Assembly (NCBI GenBank): GCA_038250865.1
Contig: JBBSBW010000008.1
Coordinates: 6,753-70,752 of the forward strand
Length of the DNA: 64,000 bases
Direction: 5' to 3'
Source of the DNA: Thermoanaerobaculia bacterium
Lineage (GTDB): Bacteria > Acidobacteriota > Thermoanaerobaculia > Multivoradales > UBA5704
In this document: positions 46,311 to 55,830 of the stretch, piece after piece
Numbering within the stretch: position 1 is the first letter of the stretch
Layout of the letters: each line of letters opens with the position of its first letter
Position numbers and translations under genes: made by a program
The notes under the pieces: model-generated
Seen by the model: the letters and a program-made list of their open reading frames with translations, nothing else
Told to the model about the DNA's origin: nothing
Databases searched by the model: none

Positions 46311-49201
46311 GAGGTCGGAACAACGATCCGCATCTCGCAGAAATGCCCGGGACGCTGGCGAATATGGATTTCGCCGCCGAGGCCCTCGATCTGACTCTTG
46401 ACGGCGGAAAGTCCGAAGCCGCGGCCCGCGTCCTCGGTAACTTGTTGTGCGGTCGAAAACCCGGGATAAAAGACCAGCGCATCCAGCTCGTCTGCCTTCC
46501 AGCGGTTCTGCTCGCGGTCGATCAGCCGGTCGAGCAGGCCGGGCTCGGCCTTCGCAAGTTCCTTGGCCTTGTCGGCGATCTTCCGGTAGTCGAACCCGCG
46601 GCCGTCGTCCCGGAAGACGACTTCGATCTTGCCGTCCGGGAGCGCCTTGGTGGTGAGCTTGATCTCCCCTTCCTCGGGCTTGCCGGCCGCCAGGCGTTCG
46701 GCCGGGGTCTCCAGGCCATGGACGAGCGAATTGCGCACCAGCTGGGCGAGCACGTTTTTGAGCCCCGCCTTCACCCGGAACGGCATGCGCACGCCGTCGG
46801 TCTCGGCGTGAAGTGCGACCTTCTTTCCCTCTTTCTTCGCCAGCTCGGCGATGAACCGCTCGACCACTCCGGCGAGCGCCTCGCCATCGCTCTTGCCCGG
46901 CTCGCCGGTCTTCTGTACCTCGCTGAACCGTTGGATCACGCCGCGGACCTCGGCCAGGCTGTCGACCAGCTCAGAGAGATCGAGCACCACCGGCAGGAAG
47001 TCGTTGCCTTCGAGCATCGGCCGGCGGCGCAGTTCGGCGAGCTTGCCCTCGAAGCGGTGGGCGCTCTGGGCGAAGTAGTCGATCCGCAGCATCGCCGCGG
47101 TGCCCTTGATCGTGTGGACGCTTTGAAAGACCTGATCGGCCAGGCGCCGGTAGACCGCCTGGCGCTCCGTCGGCCCTTGCCCCTCGGCGCGCCCCTCGCG
47201 CAGGATCGCGTTGGCCCGTTCCAGCTCGGAGTGGGCGCCTTCGATGAAATCGCGCAGCATCTCGGGCTCGACGTGCATGATCGACAGCAGCAGCTCGGCC
47301 TGGCGCTCCATCCGCTGTTTGGACTCGGCGAGCTCTTGGGCCAGCTCCACTTTCGTTGTGACGTCCGAGACGGTCACCATCGCCTGGCGCACCTCGTCCC
47401 CCTCGCGGACGCGTTCGAACGAGAAGGCGAGAAACTTCGGCTGGAGCTGGCCGTGCTCGTCCGGGAACGCCGCTTCGATCTCCTTCAGCGGGTTGATTTT
47501 GCCGACCACGCTGTCGGTCTTGCTCGGATTGAACAGGAGCCTCAAGAAGCGCACCGTGAGGTCGTGGGTCTTGGCCGGCGTGATTCGTCTGAGCAGCTCC
47601 AGGAAATCGCCGCCGCCGAGTTCCGACTCGCCCAGAATCCCGCGCAGCGCGGCAGAGTACTTGGGGGCGATCTTGAGGTCCGGATCGAGCAGGAACAGGC
47701 CCTCGGCGACACTGCCCATGATGGTGTCGGTCATCTGGAGACTGCGGGCCAGCTCGGCGTTGCTCGCCGTGAGGTTCATCGCGTTGTCGCGCAGCCGCCC
47801 GACCATCTGGTTGAACGAATCGGCGAGCACGCCCAGCTCGTCGCGCCCGGAAACCGGAGCCCGGGCGAGGAGATCGCCGTCCCGGACCCTCGTGGCGGTG
47901 GCGGACAGGTCGGTGACCGGCCGGATCAACCGGCGGCGGAGGAACAGGTAGGCTAGGGCGAGCACCGGCAGGATGATGCCGGCGAGAGCCAGCACGAGGA
48001 GCCGCGAAATGGTGGTCGCGACCCCTTCGGCCGCGGCGACCGGGATGACGTAGACCAGCTTCCAGTAGGAGTCGGGAACGTGGAACAGAAACGCCAAGGA
48101 GCGCTGGCCGCCGACCGGATCTTCCGCCATCTCGACGGTCGAGTAGAGGTTGCCCCGGTCCTGGCGCTGGCGGGCGAGCGGGTCGACTTGGATCGCCGAG
48201 ATGGTTTCGGCTTCCGGCCGCTCGATCGCGTAGCTCCCCTGGTCCATCTTCGCAGCGGCCGACGGATCGAATCCCCGCGTGGTCTTGGCGCGGGTGAGGA
48301 TGTCTTGATCCATCGCCGCCAGAGCGTTCGCGATAGGCAGGAAGCCGGGGCTTTTCTTCGCCAGAGCGTCGCCGGTGATGAAGTTCTCCGGCCGGTTGCC
48401 CTTCTCGTCGATGCTGCGGGTGGTGACCATTTCGAGCTTCGGGAAAGTCAAAAATTTGTTGTTCCGGTCGAGCAGGAAGACGTAGCCGCCATCCGATTGC
48501 TGCCGGGTCGCCACCAGGTCGGAGAGCCCGGAAAGTTCCAGGTCGACGGTCGCCGCACCGACGAATTGCCCCCCTTCAAAGACGCCCGAAGAGCAGGTGA
48601 CCTTGGGCGTCAAGGTGTAGGGGTCGGTGTAGGCGCCGCTCCAAAAGACGCTGCCCGGCGCCCGAAACTTGAGCGGCACGTACCATTCCTCGTTGTGGTA
48701 CCCGGGGCCGAACGTCTCGTTGTATCCGTTGCTGGGTTGAAGCTGCCCCCGTCCGTTGCGCCCCCAAAAGAAGCTCCGGCGATCGATCCCCGGGGTAAAC
48801 GTCTGCGGTTCGGGCCAGTAGCCGCCCCCCGCGATGCCTCGGTCGCCCCCCAGGTTGAGCAGCGGCGGCAGGCTCTGGCTAAACGTCGCCTCGTCTTTGG
48901 GCAGCTCTTCGGCCACCGTGGCGATCGTCCGCGCCAGGGTCGAGATCTCGTGGGAGCGGCGTTCCAGCTCGGCCACCCGGCGGTTCCCCGCCTCTTCGAT
49001 CCGGCGCTTCGTCTCCGCGATCACCAGGCGTTTGCCGTAGGTGTTCATGATCAGGACGATGCTGCCGAGCAGAAGCGCGAACAGGACGATCAGCCACAGG
49101 ATCGACTCCAGCACCAAGCGGTCCCGAATGCGTCGCCGCGGTGGGACCGTAGCAGGTGCCGGGGAGGCGGCGACCTCGGGCGGGGTGGGGCTGTCGCTCA
49201 T
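46307..49201 (-). CDS. Membrane-bound sensor histidine kinase of CheA class: TM, periplasmic Cache-like domain, TM, HAMP, linker, Hpt (P1-like, HTIKGTAAM), HATPase_c; no CheW-like domain
   Basis: 964 aa. Two hydrophobic segments flank a ~320-aa extracytoplasmic region. HAMP (LIRPVTDLSATATRVRDGDLL...SFNQMVGRLRD). Hpt motif VFQSVHTIKGTAAMLRIDYFAQSAHRFE. ATP-binding LAQLVRNSLVHGLE...DDGRGFD...GRGFGLSAVKSQIEGLGGEI. It overlaps the cheY start by 4 nt. Confidence 0.8.
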   Translation of the reverse strand: MSDSPTPPEVAASPAPATVPPRRRIRDRLVLESILWLIVLFALLLGSIVLIMNTYGKRLVIAETKRRIEEAGNRRVAELERRSHEISTLARTIATVAEELPKDEATFSQSLPPLLNLGGDRGIAGGGYWPEPQTFTPGIDRRSFFWGRNGRGQLQPSNGYNETFGPGYHNEEWYVPLKFRAPGSVFWSGAYTDPYTLTPKVTCSSGVFEGGQFVGAATVDLELSGLSDLVATRQQSDGGYVFLLDRNNKFLTFPKLEMVTTRSIDEKGNRPENFITGDALAKKSPGFLPIANALAAMDQDILTRAKTTRGFDPSAAAKMDQGSYAIERPEAETISAIQVDPLARQRQDRGNLYSTVEMAEDPVGGQRSLAFLFHVPDSYWKLVYVIPVAAAEGVATTISRLLVLALAGIILPVLALAYLFLRRRLIRPVTDLSATATRVRDGDLLARAPVSGRDELGVLADSFNQMVGRLRDNAMNLTASNAELARSLQMTDTIMGSVAEGLFLLDPDLKIAPKYSAALRGILGESELGGGDFLELLRRITPAKTHDLTVRFLRLLFNPSKTDSVVGKINPLKEIEAAFPDEHGQLQPKFLAFSFERVREGDEVRQAMVTVSDVTTKVELAQELAESKQRMERQAELLLSIMHVEPEMLRDFIEGAHSELERANAILREGRAEGQGPTERQAVYRRLADQVFQSVHTIKGTAAMLRIDYFAQSAHRFEGKLAELRRRPMLEGNDFLPVVLDLSELVDSLAEVRGVIQRFSEVQKTGEPGKSDGEALAGVVERFIAELAKKEGKKVALHAETDGVRMPFRVKAGLKNVLAQLVRNSLVHGLETPAERLAAGKPEEGEIKLTTKALPDGKIEVVFRDDGRGFDYRKIADKAKELAKAEPGLLDRLIDREQNRWKADELDALVFYPGFSTAQQVTEDAGRGFGLSAVKSQIEGLGGEIHIRQRPGHFCEMRIVVPTS

Positions 49202-49359
49202 TCCTCTCCTTCGATATGGGAAACCGACGCAGGAACTGCAAGAAGCCTGCCTGAAAGAATCAGTCCAAATCTTATCATTGAGCCTCCGTGGCTTCTCTTT
49301 TGGGTGGTTTCGTACCGGAGGACCGGGTGGTTTTTACTTCCAGGAAGGCGGCTTCTTTG

Positions 49360-49842
49360 ATGATTCAACACGACGAAACCGTTCGATCCGTCCGGCAGGT
49401 ACGCCTGGCGCGGCCGGAGGAGGCGGGCACTTTGATCGATTTTCAGCTCCGCATGGCGGAGGAGACCGAGGGGCTGGCGCTCGAACCGGAGCGGATCTCC
49501 CGGGGAGTCCGCGCGGTGTTCGACGATCCTCTCCGCGGTGGCTACTGGGTGGCCGAAGAGGCCGGGCGGATCGTCGGCATGCTGCTCACGACGCCCGAGT
49601 GGAGCGACTGGCGCGCGGCTTGGGTGCTCTGGATTCAGTCGGTTTACGTGATTCCCGCGGTGCGCGGGACCGGCGTCTTCGCCGATCTGTACGCCCACCA
49701 GAAGGCGCGGGTGGAGGCCGATCCTGAGCTTTGCGGACTGCGACTTTACGTCGACCGCCGCAACCGAGGGGCGGCCGCGGTCTACGAGCGGGCCGGCATG
49801 AGCCGCGAGCACTATGAGATGTTCGAATGGTTGAAGGGGTAG
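49360..49842 (+). CDS. GNAT-family N-acetyltransferase
   Basis: ATG at 49360: MIQHDETVRSVRQVRLARPEE...YWVAEEAGRIVGMLLTT...VYVIPAVRGTGVFADLYAH, an acetyl-CoA-binding motif A-like segment. Confidence 0.65.
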   Translation: MIQHDETVRSVRQVRLARPEEAGTLIDFQLRMAEETEGLALEPERISRGVRAVFDDPLRGGYWVAEEAGRIVGMLLTTPEWSDWRAAWVLWIQSVYVIPAVRGTGVFADLYAHQKARVEADPELCGLRLYVDRRNRGAAAVYERAGMSREHYEMFEWLKG

Positions 49843-50034
49843 ACCGCGAGGTCGAGGCTCCTCTTCCGCCGGAGGGTGCCCTTTCGGCGCACCGCGGCGC
49901 CCTTTCTGCCGCTCTGCGGCAAAATTCGACCCAATTCCCCTCTTGATCCCTGTCGCCGCTCTGGTAAACTCACGTCGCAGTGCGGCATTGCCGCCGCCGA
50001 GCCGCCCGGTTTCGTCGCCCCACGGGAGAACGCC

Positions 50035-51963
50035 ATGTCTACCCAGGACCCCAAACACCCCCACGTCAGCGAGCAAGAATCCCGCAAGGTCGCCGAGGCG
50101 TCCCGTGAGCAGTGGGACCGGCCGAGCTTCATGAAGGAAATGTTCCTCGGCAACTTTCGCCTCGACCTGGTCCATCCCTACCCGCTGCCCGCGCCGGAGC
50201 GCCCGGAATTCGCGGCGTTTTACGGCGCGCTCGAAGAGCTGATCCGTACCGAGGTCGACTCGGTCCAGATCGACGCCACCGGCGAATATCCGGATCACGT
50301 GGTCGACGCTCTGCGCAAGCTCGGCGCGTTCGGCATGAAGATCCCGAAGAAATACGGCGGCCTCGGCTTCTCGAACCTCGAATATCAGCGGGTGATGCAG
50401 CTGTTCGGCAGCGTCGACGGCAATCTCTCGGCGCTGCTCTCGGCCCACCAGTCGATCGGCGTGCCGCAGCCGCTCAAGACCTTCGGCACCGAGGCGCTCA
50501 AAGAGAAATATCTGCCGCGCTGCGCAGCGGGCGAAATCTCCGCCTTTGCGCTCACCGAGCCGAACGTCGGCTCCGACCCGGCCCGCGTGGGAACGACGGC
50601 GGTCAAATCCGCCGACGGTTCACATTACGTGATCAACGGCGAAAAGCTCTGGTGTACCAACGGCACCATCGCCAAGCTCTTGGTGGTGATGGCGGTCGAT
50701 CCGAAAACCAAGAAGATCAGCGCCTTCGTCGTCGAAGCCGATTGGCCGGGCGTGAAAGTCGAGCACCGCTGCCACTTCATGGGCCTTCGGGCGCTCGCCA
50801 ACGCGGTGATCTCGTTTACCGATGTCCAGGTCCCGGCCGAAAACCTGATCGGCGCCGAGGGTAAGGGATTGAAGATCGCCCTCACCACGCTCAACGACGG
50901 CCGTCTGTCGATCCCCAACGGCTCCGTCGGCACCGCGAAGGCGTGCCTCGAAATCGTCCGCAAGTGGGGCAATGAGCGCGTCCAGTGGGGCAAACCGATC
51001 GGCAAGCACGAGGCGATCTCGCACAAGATCGCCGACATGGCGTCGGTGACGTTCGCGATGGAATCGATCGCGACCCTCGCCACCCAGATGACCGACCAGG
51101 GGGGCTACGACATCCGCCTCGAAGCGGCGGCCTGCAAGGAGTGGAACTCCTGTCGCACCTGGGAGATCGTCGACGAAACGATGCAGATCCGCGGCGGCCG
51201 GGGCTACGAGACCGAGCAGTCGCTCAGCGATCGCGGTGAGGAGCCGATCCCGGTCGAGCGCGTCATGCGCGACTACCGGATCAACAAGATCTTCGAAGGG
51301 TCCAGCGAGATCATGCATCTGTTCATGGCCCGCGAGGCGGTGGACAAGCACCTCGAAGTCGCGGGCGCGATGATCGATCCGGAAAAGAAGACGGCCGAAA
51401 AGCTTGCCGAGCTACCGAAGATCGCCGGCTTCTACGCCGGCTGGTACCCGACCCGCTGGCTCGGCTGGGGTCTCTGGCCGCGCTTCGGCGAATTCGGCGA
51501 GCTGGCGACCCACGTGCGCTTCATCGAACGCAACACCCGCCGTCTGTCGCGCCAGATCTTCCACGGCATGATGGTCCATCAGGGCAAGCTCCAGCATAAG
51601 CAAGGGTTCCTGTTCCGGATCGTCGACATCGCGAACGAAATGTTCGCCATGACCGCTTCGATCGCCCGGGCGCACGCGATGCGCGAAGCGAACCTCCCTC
51701 AAGGCGAGAGCGCGGTCGAGCTGGCCGATCTGTTCTGCCGCGGCGCCCGCCGCAAGGTGACCCGCCTGCTGCGCGACCTCTGGTCGAACGACGACGTCCG
51801 GAAGTACAAGCTGGCTCTCGCGGTCCTCGACGGCCGTCACGCCTGGCTCGAAGAGGGCGGCATCGGAGTGTTCAAAACGCTCGAGGCGAAGCGCGCCCTG
51901 AAGGCCGACCAGGCTGCGCCGGCCGAAGCGCCGCGCCGCGTGGCGCAGCCGGTCGGGCGGTAG
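50035..51963 (+). CDS. Long-chain-type acyl-CoA dehydrogenase with C-terminal extension domain
   Basis: ATG at 50035: MSTQDPKHPH. ACAD motifs FALTEPNVGSDPARVGTTA, INGEKLWCTNG, MQIRGGRGYETE. An additional ~250-aa C-terminal helical domain. Confidence 0.85.
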   Translation: MSTQDPKHPHVSEQESRKVAEASREQWDRPSFMKEMFLGNFRLDLVHPYPLPAPERPEFAAFYGALEELIRTEVDSVQIDATGEYPDHVVDALRKLGAFGMKIPKKYGGLGFSNLEYQRVMQLFGSVDGNLSALLSAHQSIGVPQPLKTFGTEALKEKYLPRCAAGEISAFALTEPNVGSDPARVGTTAVKSADGSHYVINGEKLWCTNGTIAKLLVVMAVDPKTKKISAFVVEADWPGVKVEHRCHFMGLRALANAVISFTDVQVPAENLIGAEGKGLKIALTTLNDGRLSIPNGSVGTAKACLEIVRKWGNERVQWGKPIGKHEAISHKIADMASVTFAMESIATLATQMTDQGGYDIRLEAAACKEWNSCRTWEIVDETMQIRGGRGYETEQSLSDRGEEPIPVERVMRDYRINKIFEGSSEIMHLFMAREAVDKHLEVAGAMIDPEKKTAEKLAELPKIAGFYAGWYPTRWLGWGLWPRFGEFGELATHVRFIERNTRRLSRQIFHGMMVHQGKLQHKQGFLFRIVDIANEMFAMTASIARAHAMREANLPQGESAVELADLFCRGARRKVTRLLRDLWSNDDVRKYKLALAVLDGRHAWLEEGGIGVFKTLEAKRALKADQAAPAEAPRRVAQPVGR

Positions 51964-52049
51964 CCGGCCACCACAGCATTCCGACATATAATCGGGGCGG
52001 CCATTCCGGTCGCCCCGATTTTCGTTTTGAGTACCGCTAGGGAGGGAGC

Positions 52050-53051
52050 ATGCTCGCGGTCGCCCCGTATCTTCCCGGTTCCGATGCTGTGCCCCGCCTT
52101 GTGGAGTGTGCCGATCCGGTACCGGCGGCGGGCGAAGTGCTGGTGGCGGTCGCCGCCACCGCCCTCAATCACGCCGACCTGCATCAGCTCCACGGGACCT
52201 ACCCGCCGCCGCCGGGCGAAAGCGAAGTGCCGGGGCTAGAATTGGCCGGCACGGTCGCCGCCCTCGGTCCGGGAGTCGATCCGGAAGGTCCCTGGCGGGT
52301 GGGCGCCCGGGTGATGGCGCTGGTCGCCGGAGGCGGACACGGCGAGCGCGCCGCGGTGCCGGTCGGCCAGCTCATGCCGGTGCCGGAAAACCTCACCCTG
52401 CTCGAAGCGGCGGCAATCCCCGAAGCGGCGCTCACCGCCTGGACCAACCTGGTGGTGGAAGGCAAGCTTCATCCGGGCGAGACGGTGGTGGTCACCGGGG
52501 CGACCGGCGGCATGGGAAGCTTCGCCGCGCAGCTCGCCCGTGAATTGGGCGGCCGGGTGGTGGCGGTCGGCCGCGATCCCGAGCGCCTGGCGCGGCTGCG
52601 CGCTTTGGAGCTGGGAATCGACACGGTCTCGATCGACGACGAGCTGGCAACGGCGGTGCGCGAGCTGTCGGGCGGCCAGGGCGCGGATCTGGTCGTCGAT
52701 TTCGTCGCCGGACCGCGCTTCGCCGAACGGGTGAACCTGCTGCGCAAGAGAGGGCGACTGGTGTTGGTAGGAGTCACCGCGGGCTCGGGCGTCCAGCTCG
52801 ATTTGAGCGTCGTCCTCTCCCGCCGGCTGCGGCTTATCGGCTCCACCCTGCGGCCCCGATCGCGAGAAGAGAAATCCCAACTGGTGGCCGGCTTCGCCGA
52901 GTTTTCCCTGCCGCGCCTCGCCGACGGCCGTCTGCGGCCGGTGGTCGATCGCATCCTGCCGTTCGCTCAGGTCGCCGAAGGCTACGCGGCGCTCGCCGCC
53001 GGGGGAGTGTTGGGCAAGATCGTGCTCGAAATGCAGGCTGAAAAGACCTGA
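52050..53051 (+). CDS. NADPH:quinone oxidoreductase/zinc-type medium-chain dehydrogenase family protein
   Basis: GEVLVAVAATALNHADLHQLHGTYPPPPGESEVPGLELAGTV and the nucleotide motif VVVTGATGGMGSFAAQLA, typical of the Qor/MDR family. Confidence 0.8.
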   Translation: MLAVAPYLPGSDAVPRLVECADPVPAAGEVLVAVAATALNHADLHQLHGTYPPPPGESEVPGLELAGTVAALGPGVDPEGPWRVGARVMALVAGGGHGERAAVPVGQLMPVPENLTLLEAAAIPEAALTAWTNLVVEGKLHPGETVVVTGATGGMGSFAAQLARELGGRVVAVGRDPERLARLRALELGIDTVSIDDELATAVRELSGGQGADLVVDFVAGPRFAERVNLLRKRGRLVLVGVTAGSGVQLDLSVVLSRRLRLIGSTLRPRSREEKSQLVAGFAEFSLPRLADGRLRPVVDRILPFAQVAEGYAALAAGGVLGKIVLEMQAEKT

Positions 53052-53075
53052 ACCCCACGAAAGAGGAGACCGATC

Positions 53076-53429
53076 ATGTTCAAAGGCTTCCGGGAGTTTA
53101 TCCAGAGGGGCAACGTGCTCGACCTGGCGATCGGCCTGATGATCGCCAACGCCTTCGGTCCGATCGCCAAGTCGCTGGTCGATGACGTGATCATGCCGCC
53201 GATCGGCCTGCTGCTCGGCGGGGTCGACTTCGGCAATCTGTTCCTGACTCTCAAGGAAGGAACGACCGCCGGTCCCTACGCCACCCTCGCCGCTGCCAAA
53301 GAAGCCGGCGCGGTGACGATGAACCTCGGCCTGTTCGTCAACTCGCTGATCACCTTCGTCTTCATCGCCTTCGCCGCCTACCTGCTCGCGAAGTCGTTCC
53401 ACCGGGTGGAGCAGAACAAGGCGGCTTAG
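53076..53429 (+). CDS. mscL: Large-conductance mechanosensitive channel MscL
   Basis: MFKGFREFIQRGNVLDLAIGLMIANAFGPIAKSLVDDVIMPPIGLLLGGVDFGNLF is a near-canonical MscL N-terminus and TM1. Confidence 0.85.
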   Translation: MFKGFREFIQRGNVLDLAIGLMIANAFGPIAKSLVDDVIMPPIGLLLGGVDFGNLFLTLKEGTTAGPYATLAAAKEAGAVTMNLGLFVNSLITFVFIAFAAYLLAKSFHRVEQNKAA

Positions 53430-53902
53430 GGGCGCTTCGCGGTCCCCTTGGAGTCCGCGCCTTTCTTTGCGGGAGCCGGCTTCTTCGCGGGAGGAGCCGC
53501 TTTCTTTGCGGGAGCCGCCTTCTTCGCAGGGGCTGACTTCTCGGAGAAATCGGCCCGCCCGACCTGCCGGAAGGCGCTCTCTAATTTATCCAGCTCCTCC
53601 TCCGACATCTCGTCCAAATCCACCAGTCCCGAGCGGGCCTCCTGGACTGCGACCAACAGCTCGTCGATCTTCAAATGAAGAGCCCGCGAGTCGTGGTTCT
53701 GGGTGTTTTGGATCAGGAAGACCATCAGAAAGGTGATGATGGTCGTCCCGGTGTTGATCACCAGCTGCCAGGTCTCCGAGTATTTGAACACCGGCCCCGA
53801 GACAGCCCAAACTACGACGATAGCCAACGCGCTGATGAAGGCCCATGGCGAGCCCAGGACCGTCGAGGCCTTACGCGCCGCTTTGCGGAAAAAGTCGTTC
53901 AT
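53426..53902 (-). CDS. Low-affinity iron permease-family membrane protein with Lys/Ala/Pro-rich repetitive C-terminal tail
   Basis: ATG at 53900-53902: MNDFFRKAARKASTVLGSPWAFISALAIVVVWAVSGPVF...LIQNTQNHDSRALHLKIDELL (family signature QNTQN...H.K.DEL). C-terminus is SAPAKKAAPAKKAAPPAKKPAPAKKGADSKGTAKRP. Convergent with mscL, with a 4-nt overlap. Confidence 0.5.
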   Translation of the reverse strand: MNDFFRKAARKASTVLGSPWAFISALAIVVVWAVSGPVFKYSETWQLVINTGTTIITFLMVFLIQNTQNHDSRALHLKIDELLVAVQEARSGLVDLDEMSEEELDKLESAFRQVGRADFSEKSAPAKKAAPAKKAAPPAKKPAPAKKGADSKGTAKRP

Positions 53903-54038
53903 CGGTCCCCCTCCTTTTCGGGGGAGGCGGGGCTGCATTTTGGGTGCCAGTGAGTTCTCTACCGGCCGGCCGTTCGCGATACCATCTGGGCGGCGGTCCT
54001 GCGCAACCGTCGGCGACTCGTCCAGGGAGCCCCCACAT

Positions 54039-55355
54039 ATGAAGGTTGGTCGGAACGATCCCTGCCCCTGCGGCAGCGGCAAGAAGCACAAGAACTGTTG
54101 TCTCGCGCGCGCCCGTTCGGTGCCAAAGGGAGACGAGCCCCTTGACCCCCTCGCTTGGCTCCAACAGCAGAATCCGAAAAGTTTCGACCGAGCGGTCGCC
54201 GAGTTTTACGATGGCGCGGGTCTCGACGAGGAACAGAGCGACCGGTTTTTGCAGCTGCCCGAGGAGCTGCAGGACATGGCTTCCGCCAATGCAGCCGAGT
54301 GGTGCCTCGCCGAGAGCGAGATAGAGATCCGCGGCGAGCGCCGCCGGATTGCCGATTTGGTTCTCGGGCCGGGAGGGCCTCCTCTCGCGGTGGAAGTTCG
54401 ACAGTGGATCCAAGGCCTGGCCGACCACCCCATGAGGGTTTACGAGATCCAGGAGGCGGTGCCGGGCGAGGGCCTGTGGGTCAAGGACGTCGCCACCTCC
54501 AAGGCGCGGCGCCTGTGGGTCTCCGAACGCTCGGGGTCGAAGAGCCTGAATCGGTGGGACATCTTGGGCGCGCGGCTCGTCCTCGTGGGGGAGGAGTGGC
54601 AGATCAGTGGGGCCGTCTATCCCTTCCCCCGCAACGAGCTGCCGGGCCTCAAGGCCGCCCTGCGCGCTACGAAGCGCGACGGCGGCCGACCGAGCGCGCC
54701 GATCATCGCCTGTTGGCTCCGGCATATCACCGCGCCACCTCCCCCACTGCCGCAGTTGGTCGACGCCGGCTCTGGCGAGCCGCTCCTGCTGGTCACCGAT
54801 CATTACGACGTCACCGACTGGAAGGCGCTAATCGCTGCGCTCGCCCGGCAACCGGACGTCGATGGCGACCGAAAAAACGGATGGGGCTGGCTCGAAGAGG
54901 TCGAGGGCCAGTCGTTTGAGCGCTCGAAGCTCGCCCTTAACCCCGGCAAAGGGAATCGCCTGGAGGTTTTCGCTCGCACCCTGCGCCGGGCCGAGGAGGG
55001 CGCGGTTTGGCTGCGGCAGGTCGCCGGCACCGCGCTCACCTACCGTACGCGCGAGATCGTCGACCCTATCGCCTCGATGCGGCAGCGACCTTCCGGCGAA
55101 GCGAAGCCTGCGTCGATGCCGGTTCCGCCGGAGCTTCACCGAGAGCTCTACCGGAACTGGCCGGATCAGCCCATCCCGGCCCTCGGCGATTTTACGCCGC
55201 GCGAGGCCCTTAGCACTCACTCCGGCCGCCAGCAAGTGGTCGATCTGCTCAAGGAGTATGAGCAGCAAGAAGAAAGCAGCGCCCGCCGCCAAGGCCACGA
55301 ACCGGCCAGCTTTCGCTTCCTTTGGGACGAGCTGGGGATAACTCCTCCGGAGTAA
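54039..55355 (+). CDS. SEC-C-motif domain protein (438 aa), function unknown
   Basis: ATG at 54039 with AGGGAG Shine-Dalgarno sequence 10 nt upstream. N-terminal MKVGRNDPCPCGSGKKHKNCC is a canonical SEC-C metal-binding motif. The upstream part of the ORF-track entry is rejected. Confidence 0.6.
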   Translation: MKVGRNDPCPCGSGKKHKNCCLARARSVPKGDEPLDPLAWLQQQNPKSFDRAVAEFYDGAGLDEEQSDRFLQLPEELQDMASANAAEWCLAESEIEIRGERRRIADLVLGPGGPPLAVEVRQWIQGLADHPMRVYEIQEAVPGEGLWVKDVATSKARRLWVSERSGSKSLNRWDILGARLVLVGEEWQISGAVYPFPRNELPGLKAALRATKRDGGRPSAPIIACWLRHITAPPPPLPQLVDAGSGEPLLLVTDHYDVTDWKALIAALARQPDVDGDRKNGWGWLEEVEGQSFERSKLALNPGKGNRLEVFARTLRRAEEGAVWLRQVAGTALTYRTREIVDPIASMRQRPSGEAKPASMPVPPELHRELYRNWPDQPIPALGDFTPREALSTHSGRQQVVDLLKEYEQQEESSARRQGHEPASFRFLWDELGITPPE

Positions 55356-55388
55356 CCGTCGGTACGCAGGCATCTTCGCGCGACTCGC

Positions 55389-55457
55389 CGGATGCACCCG
55401 GTTCTTCTGACCCTCCATGAGGTGCTGGCCCTGCACGCGGACCCGATCAACCGCTAG
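55389..55457 (+). pseudogene. Possible Doc/Fic-family toxin N-terminal fragment (22 codons)
   Basis: MHPVLLTLHEVLALHADPINR* resembles the Doc N-terminus (LTLEEVLxIHxxLI). Continuation-like GVRMGEDRGAEQARTMTRP in another frame downstream of the palindromic element (about 55880-55940). Weak. Confidence 0.25.
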
Positions 55458-55530
55458 AAAAAACTCGCGAATCGCCATCTTGTGTAGGGGCGGCGCGCTG
55501 TCGCCTCAGGGCCTCGTCAAAGTCGGAAGC

Positions 55531-55830
55531 GGGTCCGGCCCAACGGGCCGGGAGAACCTAGCCCAGGGCTGAGGCCGAAGGCCGATGCCCTGGGATGAAA
55601 GACCCCACAGAAAGGCGGCCTGAAAGGCCGCGAGAACTCTCAGGCCCACGCGTAGCGCTCGTCAAATTCGCTTTTCTAGGCCTCCAGGAACGCACGGAGT
55701 CTGCGGATCTGTCGAGCCTTAAGTTCTCGCGGCCTTTCAGGCCGCCAGGAGGTGGTGATCCTTCCCCCAGGGCATCGGCCTTCGGCCTCAGCCCTGGGCT
55801 GGGTTCTCCCGGCCCGTTGGGCCGGATTTT
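55531..55830. repeat. ~300-bp nested near-perfect palindrome (MITE-like or cruciform element): outer 62-bp arms with 1 mismatch, inner 24-bp arms
   Basis: Left arm 55531-55594 GGGTCCGGCCCAACGGGCCGGGAGAACCTAGCCCAGGGCTGAGGCCGAAGGCCGATGCCCTGGG equals the reverse complement of 55767-55830 with 1 mismatch. Inner GGCGGCCTGAAAGGCCGCGAGAAC (about 55615) pairs with GTTCTCGCGGCCTTTCAGGCCGCC (about 55722). The ORFs across it are artefacts. Confidence 0.85.
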
